Below are positions 1 through 8,962 of a DNA stretch of 64,000 nt, piece after piece. The DNA is from an uncultured Methanosarcinales archaeon. GTDB lineage: Archaea > Nanobdellota > Nanobdellia > Woesearchaeales > CAYMBN01. Under the pieces are notes generated by a model. The model ran no database searches. It was not told where the DNA came from and saw nothing but the letters and a program-made list of their open reading frames with translations. The DNA is taken from assembly GCA_964388715.1 (NCBI GenBank), contig CAYMBN010000001.1:76962-140961 (forward strand), given 5' to 3'. The position numbers were made by a program, and so were the translations under genes. The first letter of the stretch is position 1, and every line of letters begins with the position of its first letter.

Positions 1-14
1 TTGTAATGCTTGTT

Positions 15-560
15 TTAATTGCAACACTCACACCCTTCTCCAAAACATAAGCACTCTGGTTCATAATATTCTTTCGCATGTTTGCAAGAAGGACATTTTT
101 CAGGTGGTTCCTCTCCTTCATGAATGTAACCACATTTTGAGCATTTCCATTTAATTGGTTTGTCTCTTTTGAAAAGTTTTCCTTCTTCTAGTAACTTGAG
201 TAGTTTTTTGAAACGTTCCTCATGATGTTTTTCAACTTCAGAAACTTCCTTAAATAATTTTGCAGCTTCTTTATTACCTTCTTCTTCGGCGATCTTCTGC
301 ATTTTTGGATACATATCTGTATTTTCATAATGTTCACCATCAATTGCAGCTTGAAGATTAGCTTTTGTATCTCCAATACCTTTCAGAAGTTTGAACTCAT
401 CTTTTGCATGTTGCATTTCATTCATTGCTGTCTCCTCAAATATCTTTGCGATATAGTGGAAACCTTGTTTTCTTGCAACCTTTGCAAAATAAGTGTATTT
501 GTTTCTTGCTTGGCTTTCACCAGCAAAAGCATCTTTAAGATTCTCCTCTGTTTTTGTCAT
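15..560 (-). CDS. rbr: Rubrerythrin
   Basis: [12 protein letters not shown], ExxH di-iron motifs (EMQH, EKHH) and C-terminal rubredoxin-like CxxCG..CPxC; start moved to ATG 560. Confidence 0.95.
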   Translation of the reverse strand: MTKTEENLKDAFAGESQARNKYTYFAKVARKQGFHYIAKIFEETAMNEMQHAKDEFKLLKGIGDTKANLQAAIDGEHYENTDMYPKMQKIAEEEGNKEAAKLFKEVSEVEKHHEERFKKLLKLLEEGKLFKRDKPIKWKCSKCGYIHEGEEPPEKCPSCKHAKEYYEPECLCFGEGCECCN

Positions 561-613
561 GATTATCCCCTCCAATAACTAGTTGTAAATATTGGTATTT
601 ATAAATATTTTTA

Positions 614-1624
614 TTAAAGAGCAAAACAAGAGATTGTAATGAAGAGAATATATACGATCAGAAAGATTACTCCTTCAATGCGTCTTATCTCCCAATTGCT
701 TTTTAGAAATATTAATAGATAAATACTTGACAATATCATAAAAGGTATTATTAATATAAGTGTTGTTTTTACTATTGTTATTGGGATTATTAAGCCTGAA
801 ACACCTAGAATTAGTAGAATGTTTGTGATGTTTGAGCCAATTATGTTACCAATTACAATGTTGCCATAACCTTTGATTGCAGCTGAAACTGAAACAGCTA
901 GTTCTGGCAGTGATGTTCCAATTGCAACAAGACTAATACCAATTAGTGTATCAGAAACATTGAAAAGTTTTGCAAAAAAGATTGCACTTTCTATGAAAAA
1001 TTTAGCACCATAAATAACAGCTGCTCCTGAAATTATTATGATTAAGAAATCTTTGAAAAGAGCTGGTCTTTTTTGTTTCCTTTTGTTTTTGTTGTTGAAC
1101 ATGTTTCTTATTGTTATAAGATACCTAAGTGTAAAAAAATATCTGATAAATTCATCCCAATGATATTTCTTTTTGGTTTTTGGATTAATATCAAACAAGA
1201 ATGTTGTGTAAGCAATGTATAATAGTAAAAAAATTATTGATTCAATCCAGGTTATTGTCATGTTAAGAGCAAATATGAGTACCAAAAATGAAACAATTAA
1301 CATAATATATCCATCTCTTTTTAACATTTTTTCATTTGTTTTGATGTTGGCAATGATAGCAGCAATTCCACCAATAAGACAAACATTGGCAATATTAGAA
1401 CCAACAACATTGCCTATAACTAATCCTGGACTGTTTTTTAAAGATGCAACTACTGAAGAAGCTAGTTCTGGGATTGATGTACCTAATGCTACTAATGTAA
1501 GGCCAATAACTAAATGTGAAATGCCTAATTTTTTTGCAATTGTTGCAGCTGCTTTGACAAAAAAGTCTGCTCCTTTAACTAAAAGGATAAGTCCAAGAAT
1601 TAAGAGTAGTATTTCAGTGATCAT
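614..1624 (-). CDS. Calcium/sodium antiporter (CaCA/YrbG family)
   Basis: Two alpha-repeats GTSIPEL/GTSLPEL and GNxxGSNIxN; about 10 TM helices; ATG 1624 overlaps the upstream gene's stop. Confidence 0.93.
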   Translation of the reverse strand: MITEILLLILGLILLVKGADFFVKAAATIAKKLGISHLVIGLTLVALGTSIPELASSVVASLKNSPGLVIGNVVGSNIANVCLIGGIAAIIANIKTNEKMLKRDGYIMLIVSFLVLIFALNMTITWIESIIFLLLYIAYTTFLFDINPKTKKKYHWDEFIRYFFTLRYLITIRNMFNNKNKRKQKRPALFKDFLIIIISGAAVIYGAKFFIESAIFFAKLFNVSDTLIGISLVAIGTSLPELAVSVSAAIKGYGNIVIGNIIGSNITNILLILGVSGLIIPITIVKTTLILIIPFMILSSIYLLIFLKSNWEIRRIEGVIFLIVYILFITISCFAL

Positions 1625-1971
1625 TTTAGTATGATGATTGCTCTTTTGATTGCAACAAATGCATATGCCCATAAAAATGGTAACCATAATGGCATTATGT
1701 TAAACAAAGTTGTTCTTTGGAATGTTTCAACACCAGTGCTTATGAAAAAGGATTCTGCCAGAATCATGATGAAAAAACCGAATAAGAAAAAAACGTATTC
1801 TTTTTTTTCATATTTTATGAAAAAGGAAATAGCAATGATTAAGATGTAGATTGCTGCTAAAATATAATCGTTTTTTATGAAAGGGATTAGAGCAATCATT
1901 AATAGGATTGGGATTGCGTTTAAGGATATGTTTAATGCCTCTTTTTTCATTCTAGAAGTAAATTGATTCAT
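1621..1971 (-). CDS. Small membrane protein, unknown function
   Basis: About 4 hydrophobic segments, PLWLPFLW motif; in operon context. Confidence 0.7.
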   Translation of the reverse strand: MNQFTSRMKKEALNISLNAIPILLMIALIPFIKNDYILAAIYILIIAISFFIKYEKKEYVFFLFGFFIMILAESFFISTGVETFQRTTLFNIMPLWLPFLWAYAFVAIKRAIIILK

Positions 1972-1984
1972 TTATATATAAATC

Positions 1985-2245
1985 TTACTTAAAACTAATT
2001 ACTTGGAAACCGTGTTTTTCAATGTCTTCCTTGGTAAAAAAGTTCATGTTTTTTGTTTTGCCCACGTAAGTTACTTGTTTTTCTATTGTTCTTCCTGTGT
2101 ACTGTTGTGTTTCTGGGTCGAACTCTTTTAAGATGAGGATGTCGCCTTCTTTACATTCCCAGTCTGCTAATCTCAATTCGTATGTTTTTTTGCCTTCGAG
2201 AATCTTTTGAAAATACTCTGGCCAGACTTTTTTTTCGATTTTCAT
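1985..2245 (-). CDS. ASCH/DUF3850 (PUA-like) domain protein
   Basis: KKVWPEYFQKILEGKKTYELR..GDILILKEF signature. Confidence 0.85.
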   Translation of the reverse strand: MKIEKKVWPEYFQKILEGKKTYELRLADWECKEGDILILKEFDPETQQYTGRTIEKQVTYVGKTKNMNFFTKEDIEKHGFQVISFK

Positions 2246-2246
2246 T

Positions 2247-2795
2247 TTATTTTCCAAACTTTTTTATCCATTCATCAAAGATTTCCATTCTTTCTGCACC
2301 AAATTTCTTCATTCTTTTTTTTATAATAGTAATACTTTTTTCTTTTCTAAGATATTTTTCATATTTAGAATAAAATTTGTCTGCGTAACAGACAATTTCT
2401 TCTTCAATTGTTTTTGGGTACATGTCTCTTTTTGGTAAAGGAAGTTTGTTTTTGATTATATATTGTTTTGTTACGCCAACCCATAAGTTAACTCTTTCAC
2501 ATGACAATGCATGTTTTGGATAACCTTCTTTTCTTAGAATTCTTCCACCTGTTACTCCGTGCATGATGTAATGATACTTTCCAAAACATTCTATGCCTGG
2601 CGCATGTATTTTTAGCATACCAATATCATGAACCATGCCAAGTTCTCTGATGTATTTAATTTGTGATTTTGTAAGTTTAAGTTTTTTTGCTATCTTAACT
2701 GCTTTTTGGGTGACTTTTTTAGAATGATTTACAACAAAATAATAACTCTTTGTTCCTGGTTTGTAATATTTTTTGATTAGTTTGAGCGGGTTCAT
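2247..2795 (-). CDS. HD-domain phosphohydrolase (HDIG type)
   Basis: HS..V, HDIG, HGVTG, YADKF motifs. Confidence 0.88.
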   Translation of the reverse strand: MNPLKLIKKYYKPGTKSYYFVVNHSKKVTQKAVKIAKKLKLTKSQIKYIRELGMVHDIGMLKIHAPGIECFGKYHYIMHGVTGGRILRKEGYPKHALSCERVNLWVGVTKQYIIKNKLPLPKRDMYPKTIEEEIVCYADKFYSKYEKYLRKEKSITIIKKRMKKFGAERMEIFDEWIKKFGK

Positions 2796-2820
2796 GTGAA
2801 AGAATGAGAGTTTGGTTTAT

Positions 2821-3327
2821 TTAAGAGTTTTGTTTTCTTATGTATGTTAAAAACGTAAACTTAATGATTTCTTTGGATTTTAAATCAATATCTTCATGTT
2901 CTTCTTGGTTGATTAAACTCCATTTTAGGAAATCAATCTCAGGAAAGTATGTGTCTCCTTCGTATGGTTTGTGTATTCTTGTGAGTTCGATTGTGTCTGC
3001 GACTTCTAATCCTAGTTTGTATATTGCTGAACCGCCTATTATGAAGATTTTTTCGAATTTTTTACAGTATTCAATTGCCTGATTAAAGTTGTTGAAGGTG
3101 GTTACTCCTTCATGAGTAAAGTTGCTTCTTGTGAGAACAATGTTTTCTCGGTTAGGGAGTGGTTTAACTGGGAGAGATTCAAATGTTTTTCTGCCCATGA
3201 TACAGGGAAAACCTTTTGTTTTATTTTTGAAATGTTGAAAGTCTTCTTTTATGTGCCATGGAATATCATTATCTTTCCCTATTACATTGTTTTCTGCAGC
3301 AGCAGCTATAATAATTATTTGTGTCAT
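2821..3327 (-). CDS. folA: Dihydrofolate reductase
   Basis: VIGKDNDIPWHIKED, IMGRKTFES, PLPNRENIVL, IIGGS, GDTYFP. Confidence 0.96.
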   Translation of the reverse strand: MTQIIIIAAAAENNVIGKDNDIPWHIKEDFQHFKNKTKGFPCIMGRKTFESLPVKPLPNRENIVLTRSNFTHEGVTTFNNFNQAIEYCKKFEKIFIIGGSAIYKLGLEVADTIELTRIHKPYEGDTYFPEIDFLKWSLINQEEHEDIDLKSKEIIKFTFLTYIRKQNS

Positions 3328-3328
3328 T

Positions 3329-4195
3329 TTAAACAGCAATGTCAAACTTTATTCTTGGATGTTTTTCATAGTTTTCTACTTTAGTATCTGTATGTTTCCA
3401 ATCAAATATTGAAGTAAAAGGTTCTGTTTTTATGATTGGTAATGGAAATGGTTTTCTGGCTAATTGTTCTTTTAAACCATTTACATGGTTAACATAGATG
3501 TGAGTGTCTCCGAGAAAGCCGATTAATTTACCTTCTTTCAAACCAGATTCTTTTGCAAGTAAATGAAGAAGTAATCCATAGCTTGCAATGTTGAATGGTA
3601 ATCCTAATGCTGTATCAACTGATCTTTGACTCCATATAAGATTTAATTTACCATCTAAAACAGTTACCTGAAAACCATAATGACAAAAAGGAGGTATAAC
3701 TTTGTCTCTATCAACAGGATTCCAAGCTAAAACTAACATCTGTCTTGAATGAGGTTTTGTTTTTAAGTCATTAACTAATCTTTTTATTTGATCAACCCCT
3801 TTTCCTTGATAATCTTTATCATACCCTTCATATTTTGCTCCAAAATGTCTCCATTGCCAACCATATATTGGTCCTAAATCTCTCTCAGCCATCATCTTTT
3901 TCTTAGTTTCTTCATCATGTGCATAAGGTATTATTTCAGGACTACACCATTCATCCCAAATATGATTATTCCTATCAATAAGCCACTTTTTGTCAGATAT
4001 TCCTCTTAGAAAAAATTCTAGTTCAGAAGCAACTAACCTTAAAGGAACAGATTTAGTAGTTAACAAAGGAAACCCTTTAGACATATCATGCTCAAACATT
4101 GCACCAGAAATAGCTATTGTACCAGTACCTGTTCTATCTTCCTTCTTAACACCTGTGTCAAGGATCTTTTTTACAATATCAAGATAAGCTTTCAT
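3329..4195 (-). CDS. thyA: Thymidylate synthase (ThyA, bacterial-like)
   Basis: DRTGTGT, FPLLTTK, LGPIYGWQWR, catalytic PFCH, QRSVD..LGLPFN, DTHIY. Confidence 0.97.
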   Translation of the reverse strand: MKAYLDIVKKILDTGVKKEDRTGTGTIAISGAMFEHDMSKGFPLLTTKSVPLRLVASELEFFLRGISDKKWLIDRNNHIWDEWCSPEIIPYAHDEETKKKMMAERDLGPIYGWQWRHFGAKYEGYDKDYQGKGVDQIKRLVNDLKTKPHSRQMLVLAWNPVDRDKVIPPFCHYGFQVTVLDGKLNLIWSQRSVDTALGLPFNIASYGLLLHLLAKESGLKEGKLIGFLGDTHIYVNHVNGLKEQLARKPFPLPIIKTEPFTSIFDWKHTDTKVENYEKHPRIKFDIAV

Positions 4196-4223
4196 AATAA
4201 AACACCCCGGAGATAGGTAGAAA

Positions 4224-4841
4224 TTAGTTGTTTAAATATTTTTCCAACTGGGTTAATGCTATTATAGACCAACCTTCAACATCTTGCTCTGCGCAGATTT
4301 GTTTTAGTTCCTGTATAGTTCTGAAATTACCATGTTTTATTTCACCGTCATTAGGTGTAATGTGTTCAGAGTCTGTTTCTATTATATATAGTATACCAAA
4401 GTGAACCTGACCAACAAGATTTTCATCATTATTTATGTATCCTAGGATTTTTGGGTTGATTGTACCATTAATGTTAATTTCTTCGTTTAATTCTCTTAAC
4501 ATGCTTGCATGCAAAGGGTTATCATGTTCTGTGTCACATTTATCAACATGGCCACCAACACCCCAGGACCACTTTCCTTTCAGGCGTGTTTCTTTGTAAT
4601 TTTCATCTGATGCTCTTTGGTATGCGTATACTTTTTTTGTTTTTGGATTAACAATGACAGAGTATATTATTGGTTGTTTAAAAGAAGGATCTGTTTCTGC
4701 AAGACCTCTTTGCATCCAAGTGAAGTTTTTGAGAATGATTGATTGGTGATCGATTTCGTTAGAATGTCTGAAACCTTGAAAGAGTTGATTCTGGAACAGT
4801 GTTTTTGTTGGTATTACCATGATTTGTTTTTTGAGTTTCAT
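4224..4841 (-). CDS. NUDIX-family phosphoesterase
   Basis: AETDPSFKQPI, E.RL.GKWSWGVGGH, RELNEE, VGQVHFG. Confidence 0.85.
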   Translation of the reverse strand: MKLKKQIMVIPTKTLFQNQLFQGFRHSNEIDHQSIILKNFTWMQRGLAETDPSFKQPIIYSVIVNPKTKKVYAYQRASDENYKETRLKGKWSWGVGGHVDKCDTEHDNPLHASMLRELNEEININGTINPKILGYINNDENLVGQVHFGILYIIETDSEHITPNDGEIKHGNFRTIQELKQICAEQDVEGWSIIALTQLEKYLNN

Positions 4842-4903
4842 AATTGGAATGAGAAAGTCTTTATTTAAAAAAGTTTTTAAATTCAACAGGGTTTTTGTTT
4901 ATT

Positions 4904-5584
4904 ATGCACAGAGTTCAAAAATTGTTAAGTAATTATGGATATTGTTCTAGAAGGAAAGCTGAAAAGTTGATTAAAGAAGGTAGAGTTAAGGTTAATGATA
5001 AAGTGATTACTATTGGTGATAAGGCTTCTGAAGAGGATAAGATTTATGTGGATGATAAGTTGGTTTCTGTGGAAAAAAAGGTTTATCTTATGTTCAACAA
5101 ACCACTTGGTTGCGTTACTGCTCTTGAGGATAAGCATTGTAAGACAATTATGGAATATATTAAGATTAAAGAAAGGGTTTTTCCGATTGGTAGGCTTGAT
5201 TTGGATACAACTGGTTTATTATTGTTAACAAATGATGGTGATTTTGCAAATAAGATTATGCATCCAAGGTATGAAGTGAAGAAAACATATTTGGTTGAAG
5301 TAAATAAAAAGGTTTCTGATGATTCTATTAGGAAAATTAAAGAAGGAGTGTTGTTGGAGGATGGTAAGACTTCTAAGGCAAATGTTAAGAGAGTGAAAGA
5401 GAGAGTTATTGAAATAACTATTCATGAAGGGAAGAATAGGATTGTTAGAAGGATTATGGAACAGTTAGGTTATGAAGTTGTTTCTTTGGAACGGGTTAGG
5501 ATTGGAACACTGGAATTAGAAACATTAAAACCAGGAAAATACAGAACATTAACAAAAGAAGATAAAGAGAAGATTTTTAAATGA
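4904..5584 (+). CDS. RsuA/RluB-family rRNA pseudouridine synthase with S4 domain
   Basis: S4 motif SRRKAEKLIKEGRV; catalytic GRLDLDTTGLLLLTNDG; EGKNRIVRR. Confidence 0.93.
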   Translation: MHRVQKLLSNYGYCSRRKAEKLIKEGRVKVNDKVITIGDKASEEDKIYVDDKLVSVEKKVYLMFNKPLGCVTALEDKHCKTIMEYIKIKERVFPIGRLDLDTTGLLLLTNDGDFANKIMHPRYEVKKTYLVEVNKKVSDDSIRKIKEGVLLEDGKTSKANVKRVKERVIEITIHEGKNRIVRRIMEQLGYEVVSLERVRIGTLELETLKPGKYRTLTKEDKEKIFK

Positions 5585-5608
5585 TGCTGAAATTCTGAGT
5601 AAAATAAA

Positions 5609-6070
5609 TTATTTCTTTAAAGCTTCTTGTAGAGTGTTACTTCCTTCTATTCCATTGTACATTAAACAATGACGTTGGAAATCTTTTTCTTTTCTTTTTT
5701 GAGCTTCATCCTTTCCTTTTTTAGATGAATAGCCACATATGACTAAAGAAAATCCATCAAACATATTTTTAATAGTTTCAGCATATTCACCACAGGTTCT
5801 GTTTAATACCATTAATAGTCCCCAAAAACCTACATTCTGAAGAACAGATCCAGGTACTGGAAATTTTGAACCGTATAACTTTTTGAAATCCTTGAATACT
5901 TTTTCAAATGCTTGTTTGCTTAAACAACTAAAGTATACTGTTTTAGGATTAAACCTAGAGTTCATTATAACACTATAAACACCTGTACCTCTAGCATAAG
6001 CGGTACAATTATCTTGATTTTTAATTAATTGATATCCACTTTCTTTCATTAAATCATCTATAAATGCCAT
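5609..6070 (-). CDS. Hypothetical protein
   Basis: 153-aa ORF abutting the upstream gene; no motif recognised. Confidence 0.6.
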   Translation of the reverse strand: MAFIDDLMKESGYQLIKNQDNCTAYARGTGVYSVIMNSRFNPKTVYFSCLSKQAFEKVFKDFKKLYGSKFPVPGSVLQNVGFWGLLMVLNRTCGEYAETIKNMFDGFSLVICGYSSKKGKDEAQKRKEKDFQRHCLMYNGIEGSNTLQEALKK

Positions 6071-6071
6071 T

Positions 6072-7523
6072 TTAAATCAACTCAGCTTTCTTAATTAAAT
6101 ATTTGCCTGTGCAATTGTTTTCCATTATCTTTTCTGCTTCGAGGATGTTTATTCTTTTCTTGAAAAAAGGTGCGTTTAGAACTAAAGATTCAAACTCTCC
6201 TCCTTCACCAGCAATGTTTATCTTGTTTTTCTTGTTGAGTTTGACCATTTTGTTTATGAAATCGTGATTTATGGTTGTTCCGACGTCGTTTTCATCTAAT
6301 CCTTCTGCTGCGATTGAAGAAATGATAACTTCAAAACCTTTGTCAACGATTTCTCGCATTTCTGTTTCTTGATTCATGTGCCAGAGTGGTGAGAATACTT
6401 TTAGGTTTAGTGATTCGCAGACTTTTTCAATTCTTTCACGCTGGTAATTTGAGTAGAGTGCGCCGGTAATAACACCTTGAATATTGAATTGTTTTTTTGC
6501 TTTTTCAAGTGCTTTTTTTAGGTCGTCAAGTTCTTTCTCCTTCTCACCTTTTGTATCTTGTTCCAATAGTGGAATACCTATTGCTTGTGCTTGAAGTTGA
6601 ACAAGGTTAATGTTAGGAGTATGATACATGTATGAGTCTGGATTTTTACTTTTTATGCTGATCAAACATACAACTTGGTTGATCATTTTAGACATTGCAT
6701 AGATTGAATCTTTGCCAGAGCTGATCAGAGCAGCAAGTTTTAGATTAAGTTGTTCAAGATAATCTTTTTTGAATTTGAAGCCATTTTGTTTAGCAAGTTT
6801 TTCAATTGCTTTGTCAAACCTGCTTCCATACTGAGCAGCCCTTTTTTTTCTGAATGCAATATCTTTTGGAATACCAATGTTTAGTGCAACTTGTCTAAGA
6901 ATATATTTTTTTATGTTGTCTTTTATTTTTTCTTTGCCAGGGATTGTTAAAGCAAAGTCAACGAGTTCTTTGTCGAGGAAAGGTGTGAGAAAGGTAAGTT
7001 TTTCGTGTTTTGCAATAAGATTGTCTCTTTTTAGGTCACCTTGTTGCATAAGTTCTAGTCCTTTTTTACATTCTTGGTTAATATCTTTTGAGAGTTCATG
7101 TCTTTGATAGCCTGCAAAGATTTCTTCACTTCCTAGACCAGAGAAAAGATATTTTACATTATCTTTTTTAGCTTGTTGTGTAACTGTTAACATGACACTG
7201 CCAACACCGACGTGGACAACAGGTCTTTCTATTTCTCCTAGTATTTGTGCTGTTTTTTTTATTATTTTTTCTGCTTGATCAAGATTGATGTTGCATATTT
7301 TTAATTTAAATCCAAGTTCTTTTGCAACCTTTTTACTCCACATAAGATCTTCTGCATCTAAGTCAACAGCAGCAGTGTAACATGTGAAGTTGATATTGAG
7401 TTTTTTTAGAATGAATGCAATGATTGTTGAATCAATACCTCCTGAGAATAGAACACCTATTTTTTCATTCTTAATTCTATCTTTAACAGCTTTCTCAAGT
7501 AATTGGTATAGTTTTTCTTGCAT
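6072..7523 (-). CDS. Asparagine-synthase-like domain fused to diphthine--ammonia ligase (Dph6) domain
   Basis: N-half LFSGGIDS, SGLGSEEIFAGY, PFLD, RKKRAAQYGS; C-half ISSGKDS, SYMYH, GALYSNYQ, GEGGEFESLV. Confidence 0.88.
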   Translation of the reverse strand: MQEKLYQLLEKAVKDRIKNEKIGVLFSGGIDSTIIAFILKKLNINFTCYTAAVDLDAEDLMWSKKVAKELGFKLKICNINLDQAEKIIKKTAQILGEIERPVVHVGVGSVMLTVTQQAKKDNVKYLFSGLGSEEIFAGYQRHELSKDINQECKKGLELMQQGDLKRDNLIAKHEKLTFLTPFLDKELVDFALTIPGKEKIKDNIKKYILRQVALNIGIPKDIAFRKKRAAQYGSRFDKAIEKLAKQNGFKFKKDYLEQLNLKLAALISSGKDSIYAMSKMINQVVCLISIKSKNPDSYMYHTPNINLVQLQAQAIGIPLLEQDTKGEKEKELDDLKKALEKAKKQFNIQGVITGALYSNYQRERIEKVCESLNLKVFSPLWHMNQETEMREIVDKGFEVIISSIAAEGLDENDVGTTINHDFINKMVKLNKKNKINIAGEGGEFESLVLNAPFFKKRINILEAEKIMENNCTGKYLIKKAELI

Positions 7524-7614
7524 AATTGACTAGAAAGTATGGTTTTAGTTATAAGGTTTTCGACAATTGTATCATTTATTACTTTGGGTCTTTTTTCTTA
7601 ATAAAACAATAACA

Positions 7615-7622
7615 TTTATAAA
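7615..7622 (+). promoter_or_regulatory. TATA box of tRNA-Tyr
   Basis: TTTATAAA preceded by an A-rich BRE-like stretch, about 25 nt upstream of the tRNA 5' end. Confidence 0.7.
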
Positions 7623-7646
7623 CAAAATAAAATAAATTACTATTAT

Positions 7647-7807
7647 CCCTACCTAGCTCAATGGCTAGAGCGTTCGGCTGTACTGTTTCATACGGGGTCA
7701 AAGATGCGCTTTAGGACCTTATGCACAAAGCAAGGGATGATAAAGAGCCAGCCAACACCGAAAGAGAAATCCGGTAGAGGTTCCTGGTTCGAGTCCGGGG
7801 GTGGGGA
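7647..7807 (+). tRNA. tRNA-Tyr(GTA) with an anticodon-loop insertion (7683-7756) and a 15-nt intron at 43/44 (7763-7777)
   Basis: Acceptor CCCTACC/GGTGGGG with C1-G72 and A73 (archaeal Tyr identity); D arm GCTC/GAGC; anticodon stem TTCGG/CCGAA; T arm CCTGG-TTCGAGT-CCGGG. Confidence 0.9.
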
Positions 7808-8542
7808 TTAAGGAGTAGGGAAATTTTTTCCTACTTCTTTTATTATTCTTTTTCTTTGAGAATAAGTTGTGTTTGGTGGACAATATCCTAATTTTTGCCA
7901 AACTTTTATTTTTGTTATATGTTTAGGGTTTGAAAAACCTATTTGATTTAACCATTTTTTTAAGTTTCTTTTACCATTAATTTCCAGACGGTATAGAGTA
8001 AAAATACCAAAATTATTACTCTTTTTAACTTTTTGTTTATAATAAGTAATACTTACTCTATCAAGTATTTTTTGAATATCCTTAATTATTCTTTCTGAGG
8101 AAAACTCAGCTACAATTCGAGGATATGAGTGTGTTTTTCTATCTCCTTTTTTAAAACTCATACTGAAATCAGTATCTGCAAGCCCTTTAAGAAATCTTAA
8201 TGATAATAATTGATTATTAATTATATTACTTGGTATAAATGCCTTGTCTGATTTCTTACCAACTATCACACCAATATTTTCAAAGAATTCCAATAGTTTT
8301 TTAGAATGAGTGTATAATCTTGCATATTCTTCTTCGTGTTTTAGAGTAAGATTGTGATTAAAACATTTATAAAATAACGAAGTAATATACTTGAAATAAT
8401 CAACTTCTTCTATTTTATCCCCAACAATTTCAATTCTATAACTGGTTCTTTTAGATGATATATACCTACTTAAATGACCATCTCCAGTAATTATCCCACA
8501 AATTTCAGCGACTTCTGGTGTTATATTTAAATTCTTAAACAT
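7808..8542 (-). CDS. Free-standing double-motif LAGLIDADG homing-endonuclease-family protein
   Basis: Motif 1 AEICGIITGDGHL, motif 2 FLKGLADTDFS, GKKS, IGFSNPKH; no intein termini or flanking exteins. Confidence 0.88.
   Translation of the reverse strand: MFKNLNITPEVAEICGIITGDGHLSRYISSKRTSYRIEIVGDKIEEVDYFKYITSLFYKCFNHNLTLKHEEEYARLYTHSKKLLEFFENIGVIVGKKSDKAFIPSNIINNQLLSLRFLKGLADTDFSMSFKKGDRKTHSYPRIVAEFSSERIIKDIQKILDRVSITYYKQKVKKSNNFGIFTLYRLEINGKRNLKKWLNQIGFSNPKHITKIKVWQKLGYCPPNTTYSQRKRIIKEVGKNFPTP
7811..7844 (+). terminator. Hairpin plus T-tract downstream of tRNA-Tyr, embedded in the 3' end of the LAGLIDADG gene
   Basis: AGGAGTAGGGAA pairs with TTTCCTACTTCT, followed by a T-rich run. Confidence 0.5.
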
Positions 8543-8847
8543 TTTTAATCATCCTATCTGATCTTGCTGAAAATGTTTAAGCTCTTTATGTTTAAATATA
8601 TTGCCCGTACTTGTCCAGTGGGGAGTGAGGCATCTTTCTAAGCAGGGATATTTTATTTTTCTCCTCTAAAAGTGGTGAAAATCTATTGATGTCAATAATA
8701 CGCTTTAAAAGCACAACCTTTATAAATAGAGGCAATTTCCTTGCAGTAATGGTAAAAAACGACCATCTTTCTAGGCTTAAATGACTAAATTAACTATAGT
8801 CTATGCTCTTGAAAGAGAATGTTTTTTCCAGAAAATATCAGGATGAA

Positions 8848-8962
8848 GCCCTGGTAGTGTAGTGGTTATCATGAAGCCCTGTCGAGACATAGTATGTCGC
8901 AAAAAGGCTTCGACTCGGGTTCAACTAAGTCAAAAAAAACTTTGAAAGTCCCGGCCAGGGCG
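8848..8962 (+). tRNA. tRNA-Asp(GTC) with introns at 37/38 (8885-8904) and 59/60 (8926-8948)
   Basis: GCCCTGG/CCAGGGC with G73; AAGCC-CT-GTC..GGCTT anticodon arm; T-loop intron forms a complete BHB (TTCA/TGAA central helix, AC|T and AG|T bulges). Confidence 0.95.

Noticed and set aside
7734..7750. ATGATAA in the tRNA-Tyr insertion as the C box of an intronic C/D guide RNA
   Set aside because: No CTGA D box in the insertion and too little room for a guide.
7719..7901. 60-aa minus-strand ORF
   Set aside because: Antisense to tRNA-Tyr and overlapping the LAGLIDADG gene; shadow ORF.
7808..8542. LAGLIDADG gene as part of an intein, a group I intron or a large BHB intron
   Set aside because: No intein termini or exteins, no interrupted host gene or tRNA half on either flank; tRNA-Tyr is complete before the ORF and lies on the other strand.
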